A stretch of 57,928 bases of DNA from a virus: positions 1 through 57,928 of IMG/VR virus record IMGVR_UViG_3300028837_001486; one strand, given 5' to 3'. The position numbers and the translations under genes are program-made. Positions 33,401-41,464 of the stretch are shown here, piece by piece. The first letter of the stretch is position 1. Each line of letters opens with the position of its first letter. The notes beneath the pieces were generated by a model. It saw nothing but the letters and a program-made list of their open reading frames with translations, was not told the DNA's origin and did no database searches.

Positions 33401-34578
33401 TGGGTAATCCCGTGCCAGAAACCCTCCTTGGCCTTAGCGCGTACATCCTCAAACACAACTATGTTCCCATCTGGTTGCAGGGCGTCTTTGAGTCTGGAGT
33501 CAAGGACATTGGTATGACAGCGGGGATCAGCGCGCTGGAGCTAATAGGGGTGCGTACCTTTCCTCAATCGGCTGGGCGGAAGCGCAATGAGCTGCGGGAG
33601 GAACTCGCTGAGGGCACATACTACAAACCCTGGGCAGACTTGAACCGCTTTGAGCGGCTCCTATTGGAAAAGACGCCAGAACTGAAGCAGCTCACGCAAG
33701 AAGCACGCGCTATCGGTGTGAAGCGCGGGAATGAGTGGCAACTGTTCTGGGCAGACGTGGATAGCCAGCGAGAGCCTTACAATATAGAAATAGCACAACT
33801 GGGAGAGGCTCTGAGGGAGGGACGGATTACAGGAAACCAGTACCGCGAGGAAGTAGGCCAGCGGCGGATGATTATGGCACGTATTCCTGAGATGCTACAA
33901 CGAACCCAGGAGTCCCGGGGTATTGTACTGGGTGGCCGAGAGGCGAACACACCAGTAGACATCTTCATCGAGGAGTATTACCAGATAGCCGACAAAATCC
34001 GCGATCCCCTAACGGGAGTTGCTGATGGCAGGGAAATAGTTAGGCAGAGAGAGTTGCTGAAAGAGGCAGCCGACCCCGACGTTGTAATCGAGGCAATGGC
34101 TTACATCAACAGAAACCTCGATCCTGAGTACGTGAGGGCGCGAGAGCTGTATGCGGAGTACCAGCGTATTCCCCAATACCTCGGGTTGTCAGAGGAGGAG
34201 ACGCGGTTGGTGAGCGAGACCGAGCAACAGTACAGGTCACTACGTCGGATTCAGCCATGGGCGGATGCCTCTACCACCAGGTGGGCCATGGCACAAACCA
34301 ATCCCAGGGGCGTTGCCCTTATGCAGCAAGCGAGTAAGCTGCGCAACCCAGCCCGTCGCCAGTTTTGGGCTATGCACCCCGAGATGGCGTTGTTCTACAG
34401 CGACCTGACTGTGGAGGAGGTTGCGGGCGCGACGGGTATGGGTATGTATGGGTCGGCCTTTGGGATCGCTCCCTCCCCCGATCTCCGCTGGGCGCAACAG
34501 GCGATGATAGTAGGGCAGCCTCGCACAGAGCGGTGGACGCAAGCGGCAATGGCCGGCATGAGCTTCCCGCTGACATGA
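27436..34578 (+). CDS. 2380-aa polyvalent protein with a ParB/Srx-like nuclease domain; probably virion-associated
   Basis: ParB-like segment at about nt 30010-30560 (IKIFPEKYQLRK...LELMSGHHRMEVFRRL). Also P/E-rich linkers, a duplicated W(E/Q)MT...GKPVP..VLA(D/E)YPEL module, and hydrophobic helices in the C-terminal third. Confidence 0.8.
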   Translation: MNFWDWLPKDEYREHQRRRPPPQPPQPAYGPPAPQPQPEPQGWMAKLWEQAQQLLTPPQQSPLLGTIAGTLGIGLDVLQGETTLPQVAAEYRQRLGQAWQAPQMMPLRLSPYVPPEVLPPQLRPQMRMPAPIQAWAEMAAANVPAQKAMQTAQFVSDPVRRLAEAGVGRTMGMLTGERPVLPELAKEAMRAPLRPLLGGLAQFVDPIELLRDPAKVSEQVKEQWQQDIEQLSAAPWLVRLLPMAIDVGISMLVGKGGAPKPIMVAQRASYITYAATAEPGDLAAMAALYAGGRMAGEALAGLRVRKLLFRAGRDPRDMAFEDVDSVAEAAAAKWSQQHPEEALTPDQLRRVAEAAIYGRQPPPDMPSGVNLRWMEIGNDLVERYAHAQKASLELLYEMDKKMAWLTRLVSGWQDKTKDITLETPAGLTPNLASEVAESLGRTQQITSDTQALAIYNGEQSGLGGALERIAQRMRDIGHGYLGDLLRGEAGAVRLEPPAEPAVPEPPKEPWEMTTEAQQRIEQVIRNIRRRKYSRITQLDYANLGIELFDEPQFSQDLGVAVSDLATIFPLKRYPSQFGGKGIMQKPTPEELRGIVPGLANYLRKSKADFYLRQGKPVPPEVLADYPELAPRRAPEIAEPEPPEVPATLSTLLDKAETKRRPIWTSRGPQSPEVQGYKLLREMEARGEATKVAKGYTWQRDRGRLTLVNHGTEETPDVEVVFNRARAPLELRPEVVEPTPRPVQPDFLTPEERRPVFGAEGLPRPVAEGPPEALRPMEVPPEEAARREREAAEAAGQRRLEVVPPEEPPDAIKERIWAEARELELAEEEETGLRARYGELEEPPELPEAPAAAEPVEAGPSIPFRLTEQVPLEDIKIFPEKYQLRKTPESPELGFDESAVKRIMREFDPDQLTEVLLRRMPDGSLELMSGHHRMEVFRRLAKSGWKEWPAETFKRIPAKILENLTDEQALEKAIRANTDVRQFTPSEYGQILARKAAKGAEVQELAASYGKSPHWVQSRLYINNLPENVKDAVDREPPLFSVSAGAALGKAMEQYNIPPATIQWLWLHEISQADPKYSGEAIESLFARYAPRAKQIDQLTMDFGELPGMEGQRDSFLTALREMRAEEKKLRSARRTWNRVTRLIDDKRRAGDLVSKRLEQGYETAGEEVAKIDAAIEAMARGQLDQALAQARRPAVPEPPTVVPEVPVSEEVPRITREAVPEEAPEVVPEEAPEVAPPVEEAVPEVWQMTQDEFLAYIRGPRAVPPTEQLLGDDVAIDRANHERVVRRALAEGKPVPANVLAEYPELVPEAVPSVEEMPPEVPPEAPPSPVAQAIDQLQQAVQQLAGALTPATRAAELLRPAAPPLGAVGRAARAAGAPVVPPEEPPPEEPPPIAKPPTPDELWPRPLDNVAMTAMRHEPDGWRKMKAWAEEHFKPLSWAMEKMGVVGDDPVADAMVVHGFIKGLARTAELTVAELDAISDGDTYKFFGADKNGLITYQGKQYHVGDLLENKPETRSLPLTPEQTEFRQKGWDLVDDLSRLAAEEGVEIEPRGLQPGEHHWFRAIVSHTNPITGEVEYGVVRGRRGGRQIAAEMGIEKEREFATAQEASDAGYEVADPVEAMRFASRQVYTRIADERVRDIVLDFLPHRRAETGRLGEVLIRGIPGEWFPFKDVKRLLDLLGDLPETKLETAAKAADMLTNVSRMFQVGFDAGGVALQALISAARHPGVYFEAVVRGEVSSFSPKSMARFYALPWVQEILRTYGPYGLQGPGTAQETAGARTILGKRGLLGKIPLAGRAARAGARIFDNMLAAQRILLIRAEQHRAKTPADKAQLVRFVNTITGTVNTASQGLSRRHRVMEGATLYAGRLLRSTIAAIFDVAHGGLRGKLARESLGAYAIAMVLGYLAWCGLLKQKPKLNPLKDGSKFMTVKIGDQYIGPGGSYFMIARTLMQMAQDPKTAAETAKRFLRGKLAPGISTVMDIYNRRDFLGNPVPETLLGLSAYILKHNYVPIWLQGVFESGVKDIGMTAGISALELIGVRTFPQSAGRKRNELREELAEGTYYKPWADLNRFERLLLEKTPELKQLTQEARAIGVKRGNEWQLFWADVDSQREPYNIEIAQLGEALREGRITGNQYREEVGQRRMIMARIPEMLQRTQESRGIVLGGREANTPVDIFIEEYYQIADKIRDPLTGVADGREIVRQRELLKEAADPDVVIEAMAYINRNLDPEYVRARELYAEYQRIPQYLGLSEEETRLVSETEQQYRSLRRIQPWADASTTRWAMAQTNPRGVALMQQASKLRNPARRQFWAMHPEMALFYSDLTVEEVAGATGMGMYGSAFGIAPSPDLRWAQQAMIVGQPRTERWTQAAMAGMSFPLT

Positions 34579-34703
34579 GCGACAAAGCGTTTTGGACCCT
34601 CATTCGAGAGGCGTTACTGTTGATGCTTGATGCACTGGAGCGCTGGCTGGGGCAGGCCCCCACGACTAGCGAGATACGAAGGCAATGGAAGCGTAAGCGA
34701 TGA
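34575..34703 (+). CDS. 42-aa hypothetical peptide
   Basis: ATGA overlap with the giant gene's stop. Confidence 0.35.
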   Translation: MSDKAFWTLIREALLLMLDALERWLGQAPTTSEIRRQWKRKR

Positions 34704-34736
34704 TACCTTTGAGAAGCGCAGAAAGAGGCAAATGAC

Positions 34737-35168
34737 ATGGGCTTCCCAGAATGGCTAGTAGGGCGTAGGAGAGCCTCGATACCATATGATGAGGAGGGCA
34801 ACCCTCTATTCAGGGCTGCGAACCCTGGTGTCGTTCAGGTTGCCAGCCCAGACCTGACGACCTGGAACGGCACGAAGGCAGGGGCTGGTATCAGCGTGCT
34901 GGTGGCCGCACCGGGGGCAGGGAAGCGGCTCGTGGTCACGGCGTTTGTCCTTCAGAACGAATCTACAACGGCACTTATCATGCGGCTGAAAAGTGGGGGC
35001 ACAACCAACGGCTGGCGCTGCCTGGGTCAGAACCAAGGTGATGGGCTTGCGATGACTTTCCACGCTGGGCATGAGTGGACGCTGAATGAGAACGAGTCGC
35101 TGAATCTCGAACTGAGCGACGCCGATACATGCGCAGTCAGCTACAGCTACTATACCGAGTCTGTGTAG
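34737..35168 (+). CDS. Hypothetical beta-rich structural-module protein
   Basis: Open frame. Loosely resembles 53210-53551 and the C-terminus of 54232-54930. Confidence 0.5.
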   Translation: MGFPEWLVGRRRASIPYDEEGNPLFRAANPGVVQVASPDLTTWNGTKAGAGISVLVAAPGAGKRLVVTAFVLQNESTTALIMRLKSGGTTNGWRCLGQNQGDGLAMTFHAGHEWTLNENESLNLELSDADTCAVSYSYYTESV

Positions 35169-35177
35169 GAGGGAACG

Positions 35178-35573
35178 ATGGGGATACGTGAGTGGTTTCG
35201 GCGCAAGAAGGAACCCGAACCCACAACGGCTGTGGAGGAGCCGGTCGAGGAGCGTGCTCGCAGGTTTGACGGAACGCCTTCTCCAGCGCGTCCCACCGAG
35301 CCATTGCCCTTGGCGCTTGACTACATAGCGGACATGCTCAGCGACAAGAGGCTTGTGCCCAGCTATCTGCGGGGCGAGATGGCGATGGCACGCAGGCTGC
35401 CCGCAGAGGCTTGGGAAATGGCCCGAAAGCACGAGGATGAATGCCCGGTGGAGCTTATGGAGATTCGCAGTGCCGCCCTGGAGCACGCCAGGCGGGTGGC
35501 TGCTCTCTGTGACGAACGTAGCGAGGTAGGTCGTGGCCAAAGAATGGCGCGAAGTTCTAGCCAGACGTCGTAG
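35178..35573 (+). CDS. Hypothetical protein
   Basis: ATG follows GGAGGGAACG. Confidence 0.5.
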   Translation: MGIREWFRRKKEPEPTTAVEEPVEERARRFDGTPSPARPTEPLPLALDYIADMLSDKRLVPSYLRGEMAMARRLPAEAWEMARKHEDECPVELMEIRSAALEHARRVAALCDERSEVGRGQRMARSSSQTS

Positions 35574-36954
35574 AACGTCCAAGACGAAGCGGCTATACGA
35601 GGATGACCAGCCTGCCAACAAGTACAGCTGGGATGGGATGGTCGGCACGTCCGTTCACTATGAAGAGACGGAAGGCTCTGGCGATTGGCTGGAGGTTGAC
35701 CCACGCATAGTGCCCAGCGACGAGCCTGGCTGGGACTGGGAGATGCAAAAGGCATCTTGGCGCTTCCTGGGTAGGAATGAAGGCTGGTTTGCTGCCGAAA
35801 AGCAGGGCGTGGGCATCGGGTTCAAGTTGGGCTGGGTGGCCTATCTGAACATTGAGAGTAAAGAGTGGCAGATCATCCGCACGGCCAGCTACACCACGCC
35901 GACCGTGGATGTCATCGAACACGGCAACGACCTCTTGGCGAATCCGCTGGGCAAGCTCACCTGGACCAACTTATTCCCCGACACCACCTTCGAGATACAC
36001 ACGTCACCAGACAAGCTGCACGAGGAGATCAAAGTCGGCCAAACGGCTAGGGATGCCGTGCTGAGCCCGCCTTATCCGTATGCAGCAGAGGACACGGCTC
36101 TTGTCCTGGTCTACGAGGTGGACTGGGGGCAAGTCCCAGGGCTGGGCGACGACGGCGGCGACATAGACCCCGACGCCGACTTTGAGCGGCAGGCCAGGCT
36201 ATATCTCAAGAATCACCAGGGGGAGATAATCACTGCGCTGCCAGCGAGCAGGGCGTGGCCCGAAAGTGAACCTGTTGACGAGAACGGTGAGCCGATACAA
36301 GTTTCTCTGCGCAAGCGGTTCGTCAAGAAGGGCGGTCAGCACTATTTGCTCGTGGGCGCGCCAGTTCTTGCCCTCAATGCTCTGCCAGAAGGCACAATCA
36401 TCTTTGACCCTGACGTGGATGTGCAGGTAGCGGCGGACTTAGATGATACATACGCGAGCGCAATAACCAATTACAACGCTGCTCTGTATGTTTATCTGGG
36501 CGGATGGGCGAATAATGTGGGTCTTCGCTTTATTGGTGTAAATATCCCACAAGGAAGCATAATAAGCGTAGCATACATACAAGTACATGTATTTACTAAT
36601 GATGACCCTGATGGTAACTGGTATTGCCAAGATGGTACAGCGACGCCAGAAAACTTTGATGATGCAAATCCACTAGTTGGGGTTCGCAGTAGAACGACAA
36701 ACAAAACCGAATGGTCTGTTACTGGTATTGGGACAGGCTGGAAGCAAAGCCCATCTATCCTAGACCCTGTGCAAGAAGTTGCTACAGACCATGGTATAAC
36801 TGACTTAGGAATTTTGGGAATATATGCAAGTGGCGATAAACTATATTTTCGGTCACATGAATATGACGACACCTACGGGGCCAAGCTCCACATCGAGTAC
36901 ACGGCGGGGGCGGCGGGGGGGAACCCGTGGCACTACTATGCTCAACAGCAATGA
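35533..36954 (+). CDS. Structural (tail/receptor-binding candidate) protein with a low-GC C-terminal segment
   Basis: 473-aa ORF. The stretch at about 36440-36880 is visibly AT-rich compared with its flanks. Confidence 0.5.
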   Translation: MAKEWREVLARRRRTSKTKRLYEDDQPANKYSWDGMVGTSVHYEETEGSGDWLEVDPRIVPSDEPGWDWEMQKASWRFLGRNEGWFAAEKQGVGIGFKLGWVAYLNIESKEWQIIRTASYTTPTVDVIEHGNDLLANPLGKLTWTNLFPDTTFEIHTSPDKLHEEIKVGQTARDAVLSPPYPYAAEDTALVLVYEVDWGQVPGLGDDGGDIDPDADFERQARLYLKNHQGEIITALPASRAWPESEPVDENGEPIQVSLRKRFVKKGGQHYLLVGAPVLALNALPEGTIIFDPDVDVQVAADLDDTYASAITNYNAALYVYLGGWANNVGLRFIGVNIPQGSIISVAYIQVHVFTNDDPDGNWYCQDGTATPENFDDANPLVGVRSRTTNKTEWSVTGIGTGWKQSPSILDPVQEVATDHGITDLGILGIYASGDKLYFRSHEYDDTYGAKLHIEYTAGAAGGNPWHYYAQQQ

Positions 36955-36962
36955 GGTGAACG

Positions 36963-38270
36963 ATGGCTGATATTTGGATGGACGTAGATGCAGCACTGGC
37001 CGAAGTACCGGTGAACATCATGCCCCTACTCGACGATACGGACTTCAAGAGCAGGGAGGTTGCCATCACCTACGACCAGGCGGGCATGGACCTGGTATGG
37101 AACTTTGTCACCACAGCGGGGGCGACCACCCAGACCGCCGTTACCCCAACGACGGGCGGGGACTATGACTGGGCGCATCAAGGCGATGCGATGTACACGA
37201 TAGAAATACCAGCCAGCGGTGGCGCATCAATCAACAACGACACTGAGGGCTTTGGGTGGTTCACTGGCTTTGCCACGGGGGTACTTCCTTGGCGCGGGCC
37301 GGTGATTGGTTTTCGGGCTTCTGGACTCAACGACCTCTTGATTGATTCGGCGTACTCCGCGACACGCGGCCTTGGTGGAACCGCGCTTCCTGACGCGGCG
37401 GCAGATGCAGCAGGCGGATTGCCGATCAGCGACGCTGGCGGGCTTGACCTGGACACGCAGATCGCCACGGACATAGATGCTATCCTTGCGGACACGAACG
37501 AGCTTCAGGCGGACGATACGCCTGGCGCAATCGCCGCGCTGAACGACCCAACAGCCGCTGCGATAGCCGATGCTGTGTGGGATGAGGCTTCTGCTGGGCA
37601 CACTGGCGCGGGCAAGGCGGGTGAGCAGCTTTGGACCGACCTGGATGCCGTTCTCGCTGATACTAACGAACTCCAGGCGGATGACACCCCCGCTGCAATC
37701 GCTGCACTGAACGATCCAACTGCCGCCGCTATCGCCGATGCCGTTTGGGATGAGGACGTAGTAGCAGCCCATAACGGGGCCGACAGTGCTGGGGCTTTGA
37801 TTGATGACATAGGGACAAAGGCTGACTTCAAGGCGGACGTGGCTGCGCTTGCCACAGCAGCAGCAGTTGCCGTCGCCCAAGCCGATCTTGATAACCCAAA
37901 CCAGTACAAAGCGAATGTGGCTGGATTGGCTACAGCGGCAGCAGTTGCCGCCGCACAGGCTGACCTGGATAACCCGAACCAGTACAAGGCCACGGGGTTC
38001 AGCACCTTGAGTGCGGCGCAGATCAACACCGAAGTCGTGGATGGCCTGAACGGCGATACCTACGCTGAGCCAGGACAGGGAGACCCCTCAGCGATAGCGA
38101 GTATTGCAGCCATGATCTCCTATCTCTACAAGCTGGCCCGAAACAAAGTGACGCAGACCGCCACGGAATTGAATCTCTACAACAACGCTGGTGACACGGT
38201 GGATCAGAAGGCCGCTGTCAGCGACGATGGGACGACCTATACCAGGGGCAAGATTGGGAGCGGCCCGTAA
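36963..38270 (+). CDS. Fibre-like protein with internal duplications
   Basis: Ala-rich. Two copies of ILADTNELQADDTP.AIAALNDPTAAAIADAVWDE and two copies of A.LATAAAVA.AQADLDNPNQYKA. Confidence 0.55.
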   Translation: MADIWMDVDAALAEVPVNIMPLLDDTDFKSREVAITYDQAGMDLVWNFVTTAGATTQTAVTPTTGGDYDWAHQGDAMYTIEIPASGGASINNDTEGFGWFTGFATGVLPWRGPVIGFRASGLNDLLIDSAYSATRGLGGTALPDAAADAAGGLPISDAGGLDLDTQIATDIDAILADTNELQADDTPGAIAALNDPTAAAIADAVWDEASAGHTGAGKAGEQLWTDLDAVLADTNELQADDTPAAIAALNDPTAAAIADAVWDEDVVAAHNGADSAGALIDDIGTKADFKADVAALATAAAVAVAQADLDNPNQYKANVAGLATAAAVAAAQADLDNPNQYKATGFSTLSAAQINTEVVDGLNGDTYAEPGQGDPSAIASIAAMISYLYKLARNKVTQTATELNLYNNAGDTVDQKAAVSDDGTTYTRGKIGSGP

Positions 38271-38485
38271 TGGCGAACCTAGACAGTAGAAGCAAGCGGG
38301 CGTCCTCGGTCAGCATTTTGGTTCCGTTCGTGCTTGCACCGCCGCTGCCAGACGGGACAATATCCCAGGCAGACAGACAGCACATCGCCTGGTGCTTTAG
38401 CGGGATTATGGCGGCGGGGGCAGCCGCAGTAGTGGGCCTGCGCAGCAAACATGGAGTAATTGGTGCTTCAATCATACAGACATAG
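38270..38485 (+). CDS. Hypothetical small protein
   Basis: TAATG overlap start. Confidence 0.4.
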   Translation: MANLDSRSKRASSVSILVPFVLAPPLPDGTISQADRQHIAWCFSGIMAAGAAAVVGLRSKHGVIGASIIQT

Positions 38486-38496
38486 GCTGGCCAGAC

Positions 38497-38524
38497 TTGA
38501 CAGGCGAGCCTATATCTGTATACT
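38497..38524 (+). promoter_or_regulatory. Sigma70-type promoter TTGACA-N16-TATACT
   Basis: TTGACA lies at 38497-38502 and TATACT at 38519-38524, in the largest non-repeat intergenic gap. Confidence 0.55.
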
Positions 38525-38654
38525 GGTGGAGAGATCGGGCAAGCGATAGAGTGCGGCATTGTAAGTCCTGGTGATCTTGGCCGTGGGGACCACGACCTAG
38601 CTGTCGCTGAAATGCTACGGGACAGACTGAAATCGGGGCCCAGGGATTGCCGCA

Positions 38655-38680
38655 CACAAACTGATAGTCCTACGGATAAC
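38655..38680 (+). promoter_or_regulatory. Conserved 26-nt intergenic motif, copy 2 (cacaaactgatagtcctacggaTaac)
   Basis: Matches 2830-2855 at 25 of 26 positions. Confidence 0.6.
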
Positions 38681-38735
38681 TGAATAAAGGTAGTCCGAAC
38701 TAGGTCGGAACGCCGCTTCTCGTGCGAGCTGAGAT

Positions 38736-38761
38736 AAGCCGCACAGGAGGCGGCTTTTTTT
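38736..38761 (+). terminator. Rho-independent terminator
   Basis: Stem aagccgc / gcggctt with loop acaggag, running into a T-run that ends at 38761. Confidence 0.75.
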
Positions 38762-38806
38762 GTTGGCGCTGAGACAAGCGCCCAGATTCCACATTTGGAG
38801 GTAGAG

Positions 38807-39520
38807 ATGCCAACCGAGACATCTTCGGCCACTGGGGGCCAAGAGCTACAGGAGCCGGGCGAGCAAGTTGCAGCAGCGACCACTGCGCCCCCGTCTTCCG
38901 AGGGCCAGGAGACCCCAGCGGAGGAGCAAAAGGTCACGGCCCCTCCTGAACTGAGTCCTGAGCAGATTGAGCAGCTTCTTGACCGAAAGGATGTCCAGGC
39001 TCGCATGTATCAGCGGGCCCAGGGCATGAAGGACAAGGAGCTGGCCCAAGAACGGCGCAAGGCTCAGCAGGAAGCGGAAGCCCGCCGCAGGGCGCAAATG
39101 GACGACGAAGAGTATGGCAGCTATACACGCGCACAAGAGAAGCGGCAAGAGGATCTTCGGGGCGGCATAGCCCAAGCCCTGGGGGGGCTCATTGGGCAGA
39201 TGCGGGGACAAGCTGCATCTGTGATAAGCAACAAGAAAGTGCGCGAGGAGATGGAGGCCAAGTCTTCTTCGTATGCCACCTTCCCAGAGTATGCTCGTGC
39301 TTGTGCCAAGGCCGAGGCCGATCACCAGGTCGAGCTACGGATGGCCAGGCGCGAGAAGGAACTCACCGAATCCCTCACAGAGAAGATTCGGGCAGAGCAG
39401 GTGGAGCAGCTTTACCCTGCAATAGGAACTGGTCTTGCCACAGGACGCCAGCCTGACATTCATGGAGAACAAGCCATCGGTGCGGGATTAGCCGCAGAGT
39501 TGGCGAAGAAACGTAAGTAA
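38807..39520 (+). CDS. Scaffolding protein (assigned by position and composition)
   Basis: Charged helical sequence (KELAQERRKAQQEAEARRRAQMDDEE...) immediately upstream of the capsid gene. Confidence 0.6.
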   Translation: MPTETSSATGGQELQEPGEQVAAATTAPPSSEGQETPAEEQKVTAPPELSPEQIEQLLDRKDVQARMYQRAQGMKDKELAQERRKAQQEAEARRRAQMDDEEYGSYTRAQEKRQEDLRGGIAQALGGLIGQMRGQAASVISNKKVREEMEAKSSSYATFPEYARACAKAEADHQVELRMARREKELTESLTEKIRAEQVEQLYPAIGTGLATGRQPDIHGEQAIGAGLAAELAKKRK

Positions 39521-39536
39521 AGCGAGGTAAGGCGCA

Positions 39537-40466
39537 ATGGCAGTCACATTGGCAGAATCAGCGAAGCTCTCCCAGAACCTGCTCCACCGGGGCGTGGTCG
39601 AGGAGATGCTGAAGGTCAGCCCGATATTGCAGAGAGTCCCCTTCATCGACATCGTGGGGAACGCTCTGCAGATCCCAAGGGAAGACCCGCTGAATATGGG
39701 GAATGTTGGATTTGTTGCGACTGGTGGAGTGATCGTGGGTAGCGAGGCCAAGTTCACCAACCCGACCTACAACTTGTACGAGTTGATCGGGCAGGCGGAC
39801 GTACCCGGATTGATCCAGCAGACACGCTCGAACGTCATAGACCAGATGGCGGCTCAAGTGAAAATCAAGAGCAAGCTGATGGCCTATGAGTGGGAAGACA
39901 GGGCAATCTACGGTCAGCACCTCGTAGATGCTGGCTTCGACGGCTGGCATGTAATGACGGTTGCTGGCCAGATGCTTCACGCTGGGGCAGGAGTGGGCGG
40001 CGGCGTGTTGACCGAAAGATTGATGGATCAGCTCTTCGATCTCATCAAGGGTGGCCCCCCAAGCTGCATCGTGATGAACCTCAACATCAGGCGGCGCTTC
40101 TCTCAGTACCTGCGCCCCCTGGGGTCCTACCGCACAGAGCGGGACGACTACGGGAACTACTTTGGAGTCTGGAACGAGACGCCGGTTATCGCAACCGAGC
40201 ACCTGTTGCAGACGGAGACCATCCTGGGAGGGGCGTACAATCTTCCCACGACTGGGGTCTGTAGCTCCATCTTTGCCATTCGCTGGGGCGAGGGCGACGG
40301 GGTCTGCGGCATCCAGAACGGTGGTATCCAAACGGAGATCTTTGACAAGCTGGAGCAGTTCAACGCATCCCGCACGCGGCTCTTGTGGTACACGGGCCAG
40401 GCGCTATACAGCACCCTGGCGCTGGCCAGGATCGACGGCGTGCTGGATGGGATAATGACTGCGTAG
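39537..40466 (+). CDS. Major capsid protein (HK97-fold type, called by eye)
   Basis: 309 aa following the scaffold gene. The pattern ...VSPILQRVPFIDIVGNALQIPRED...LYELIGQADVPGLIQQ...AIYG is typical of HK97-like coat proteins. Confidence 0.65.
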   Translation: MAVTLAESAKLSQNLLHRGVVEEMLKVSPILQRVPFIDIVGNALQIPREDPLNMGNVGFVATGGVIVGSEAKFTNPTYNLYELIGQADVPGLIQQTRSNVIDQMAAQVKIKSKLMAYEWEDRAIYGQHLVDAGFDGWHVMTVAGQMLHAGAGVGGGVLTERLMDQLFDLIKGGPPSCIVMNLNIRRRFSQYLRPLGSYRTERDDYGNYFGVWNETPVIATEHLLQTETILGGAYNLPTTGVCSSIFAIRWGEGDGVCGIQNGGIQTEIFDKLEQFNASRTRLLWYTGQALYSTLALARIDGVLDGIMTA

Positions 40467-40538
40467 GCTTGGCCCTCCGAGGAGGGCCATAGAGGGGCGG
40501 GCTAGGCTCGCCCTGAGACACAGAAGGAGTAAAGCGAA

Positions 40539-41456
40539 ATGGCTTTCACAGATACAGCCCTCCGCAAGGTCCTTCAGGGCTGGGGGCTTGACCATGTTTT
40601 GTTGGGCGAAGCTGTCGCAGTTGGCGACCCCGTTGGAGTCAATGCAACCAACGAATGGATGCTGGCCTCGGCAGGTGCGACGCCCCACTACTTGGCGCGG
40701 TACGTGGCTGCTGAAGGTGGCGCAGCGGGGGACACCGTCGCGGTGTTTCGTATGGCCATTCTTGAGGGTGCGTTCGGCGCCACTCTCGCCGACTATGGGG
40801 ACCCGCTCTACCTGGCGGATACGGCTGGGAACTATACCGCCGCCGCAGGTACGGTTCGCCAGAACGTTGGATGGGTCAACGATGCCACTCACATCCTAGT
40901 AGAGCTACGAAGCCCGCTGGCCCTCGACGCCTCCGACATCGGGGACGACTCGATTGACTCCCAGCACTATGCTGCGGATTCAATCGACACCGAGCACTAT
41001 GCACCAGGGTCGGTAGACGGAACAGCTATCGCTGCTGATGCGGTCACCTCGACGCACTTGCTGGCTGGAGGCGTGGATACCACGGCGATCGCGACGAACG
41101 TGTATGGGATCGTCTGTGTAACCATCCAGACGGGTTCGAGTGACACGGTCCCTGTGACCGAGGACGCCTACGCACCCGTTGCTGGCGATGTCGTCGCCGT
41201 GCAGTTTATGAACTCGAGTTCCGGGACCATGTCGGCGGCGGCCGGGCTGACTGTTGGCAGCTACCAGACTGCCTGTGCGGAGTCAGGGGCTACCATGATA
41301 GCTGGCGCGGTGTTCCGCGACACGACCATGAACAGCTCGTGCGTGGCGCACGCCGTAGGCGCTACCCTGCTCTTCACCTCAGGGGAAGTGCATACCGGGA
41401 CTGAACCACAGACCTGCATCGTCGAGATCAGGTATCAGATCAAGCTCGTTACCTGA
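40539..41456 (+). CDS. Capsid decoration-like protein (DUF2190-like N-terminus) with a repeat-bearing extension
   Basis: N-terminal GEAVAVGDPVGV...AAEGGAAGDTVAVFRMAILEG pattern, then DSIDSQHYAADSIDTEHYAPGSVDGTAIAADAVTSTHL repeats. Confidence 0.45.
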   Translation: MAFTDTALRKVLQGWGLDHVLLGEAVAVGDPVGVNATNEWMLASAGATPHYLARYVAAEGGAAGDTVAVFRMAILEGAFGATLADYGDPLYLADTAGNYTAAAGTVRQNVGWVNDATHILVELRSPLALDASDIGDDSIDSQHYAADSIDTEHYAPGSVDGTAIAADAVTSTHLLAGGVDTTAIATNVYGIVCVTIQTGSSDTVPVTEDAYAPVAGDVVAVQFMNSSSGTMSAAAGLTVGSYQTACAESGATMIAGAVFRDTTMNSSCVAHAVGATLLFTSGEVHTGTEPQTCIVEIRYQIKLVT

Positions 41457-41464
41457 GCATGAAA

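Noticed and set aside
27436-34578. N4-like virion RNA polymerase or crAss-like giant RNAP in the 2380-aa protein, which could have explained the 26-nt motif as a phage promoter.
   Set aside because: I could not find T7-like motifs A, B or C, or a DFDGD-type metal site, by eye. This remains untested by profile methods.
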